Part shown: piece after piece, positions 63,913-64,000 of the stretch
Numbering within the stretch: the first letter of the stretch is position 1
How the letters are laid out: each line of letters begins with the position of its first letter
Source: Auanema rhodensis
Taxonomy: Eukaryota > Animalia > Nematoda
Reading direction: 5' to 3'
DNA: 64,000 nucleotides
Assembly (NCBI GenBank): GCA_964057225.1
Contig: OZ059900.1
Span: 6,510,001-6,574,000, forward strand
Notes under the pieces: generated by a model
Told to the model about the DNA's origin: nothing
The model's database searches: none
What the model saw: the letters and a program-made list of their open reading frames with translations, nothing else
Made by a program: the position numbers and the translations under genes

Positions 63913-64000
63913 TTATTTCAAGCAATCTTTTTTTAACAGAGAAAGGCAACTAGTTCATAAAAGTTCCATACAATATCAACAAAAGAAACAAAAACTTACG

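Larger units (their letters stand above)
57373..64000 (-). repeat. 168-bp tandem array, one tRNA-Ser(TGA) gene per unit; 39 complete copies, continues past the window end
   Basis: Exact 168-bp period (tRNA at 57446+168k, shifted +1 after an insertion at ~62781); each unit is an 82-bp tRNA plus an 86-bp AT-rich spacer. Confidence 0.98.

Noticed and set aside
57373-64000. CRISPR-like repeat-spacer array
   Set aside because: The spacers are near-identical rather than unique, the repeat is a tRNA, there are no cas genes, and the DNA is eukaryotic.

Overview
AT-rich (~30% GC) eukaryotic DNA with many 39-55 bp GT-AG introns and TTTTCAG acceptors, which points to a nematode, probably a rhabditid. 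The window has two domains. (1) A genic domain, 1-~52.3 kb: the 3' exons of a type II PI 4-kinase (+), calumenin/calu-1 (+), a ~16 kb gene-poor stretch, two small unassigned ORFs (one a TM micro-protein apparently nested in the other's intron), a RING1/SPAT-3-like PRC1 E3 ligase with a long acidic linker (+), a WDR54-like gene (-), an Sp17-like RIIa+IQ protein (-) and a UDP-glucuronosyltransferase (-). (2) A repeat domain from ~52.3 kb to the end: a 2.6 kb foldback whose arms each carry two degenerate tRNA-like Pol III modules, then a 168-bp tandem array of intact tRNA-Ser(TGA) genes. The array has 39 complete copies, runs off the window, shows recurrent variation only in the spacers, and contains a 10-unit higher-order duplication. 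The 1804-aa ORF is the antisense reading of this array. The most interesting signals are the tRNA array and the sharp gene-to-repeat boundary; as inference only, this could be a programmed DNA elimination junction or a subtelomeric/heterochromatic border. Exon coordinates were derived by hand and no database searches were run.
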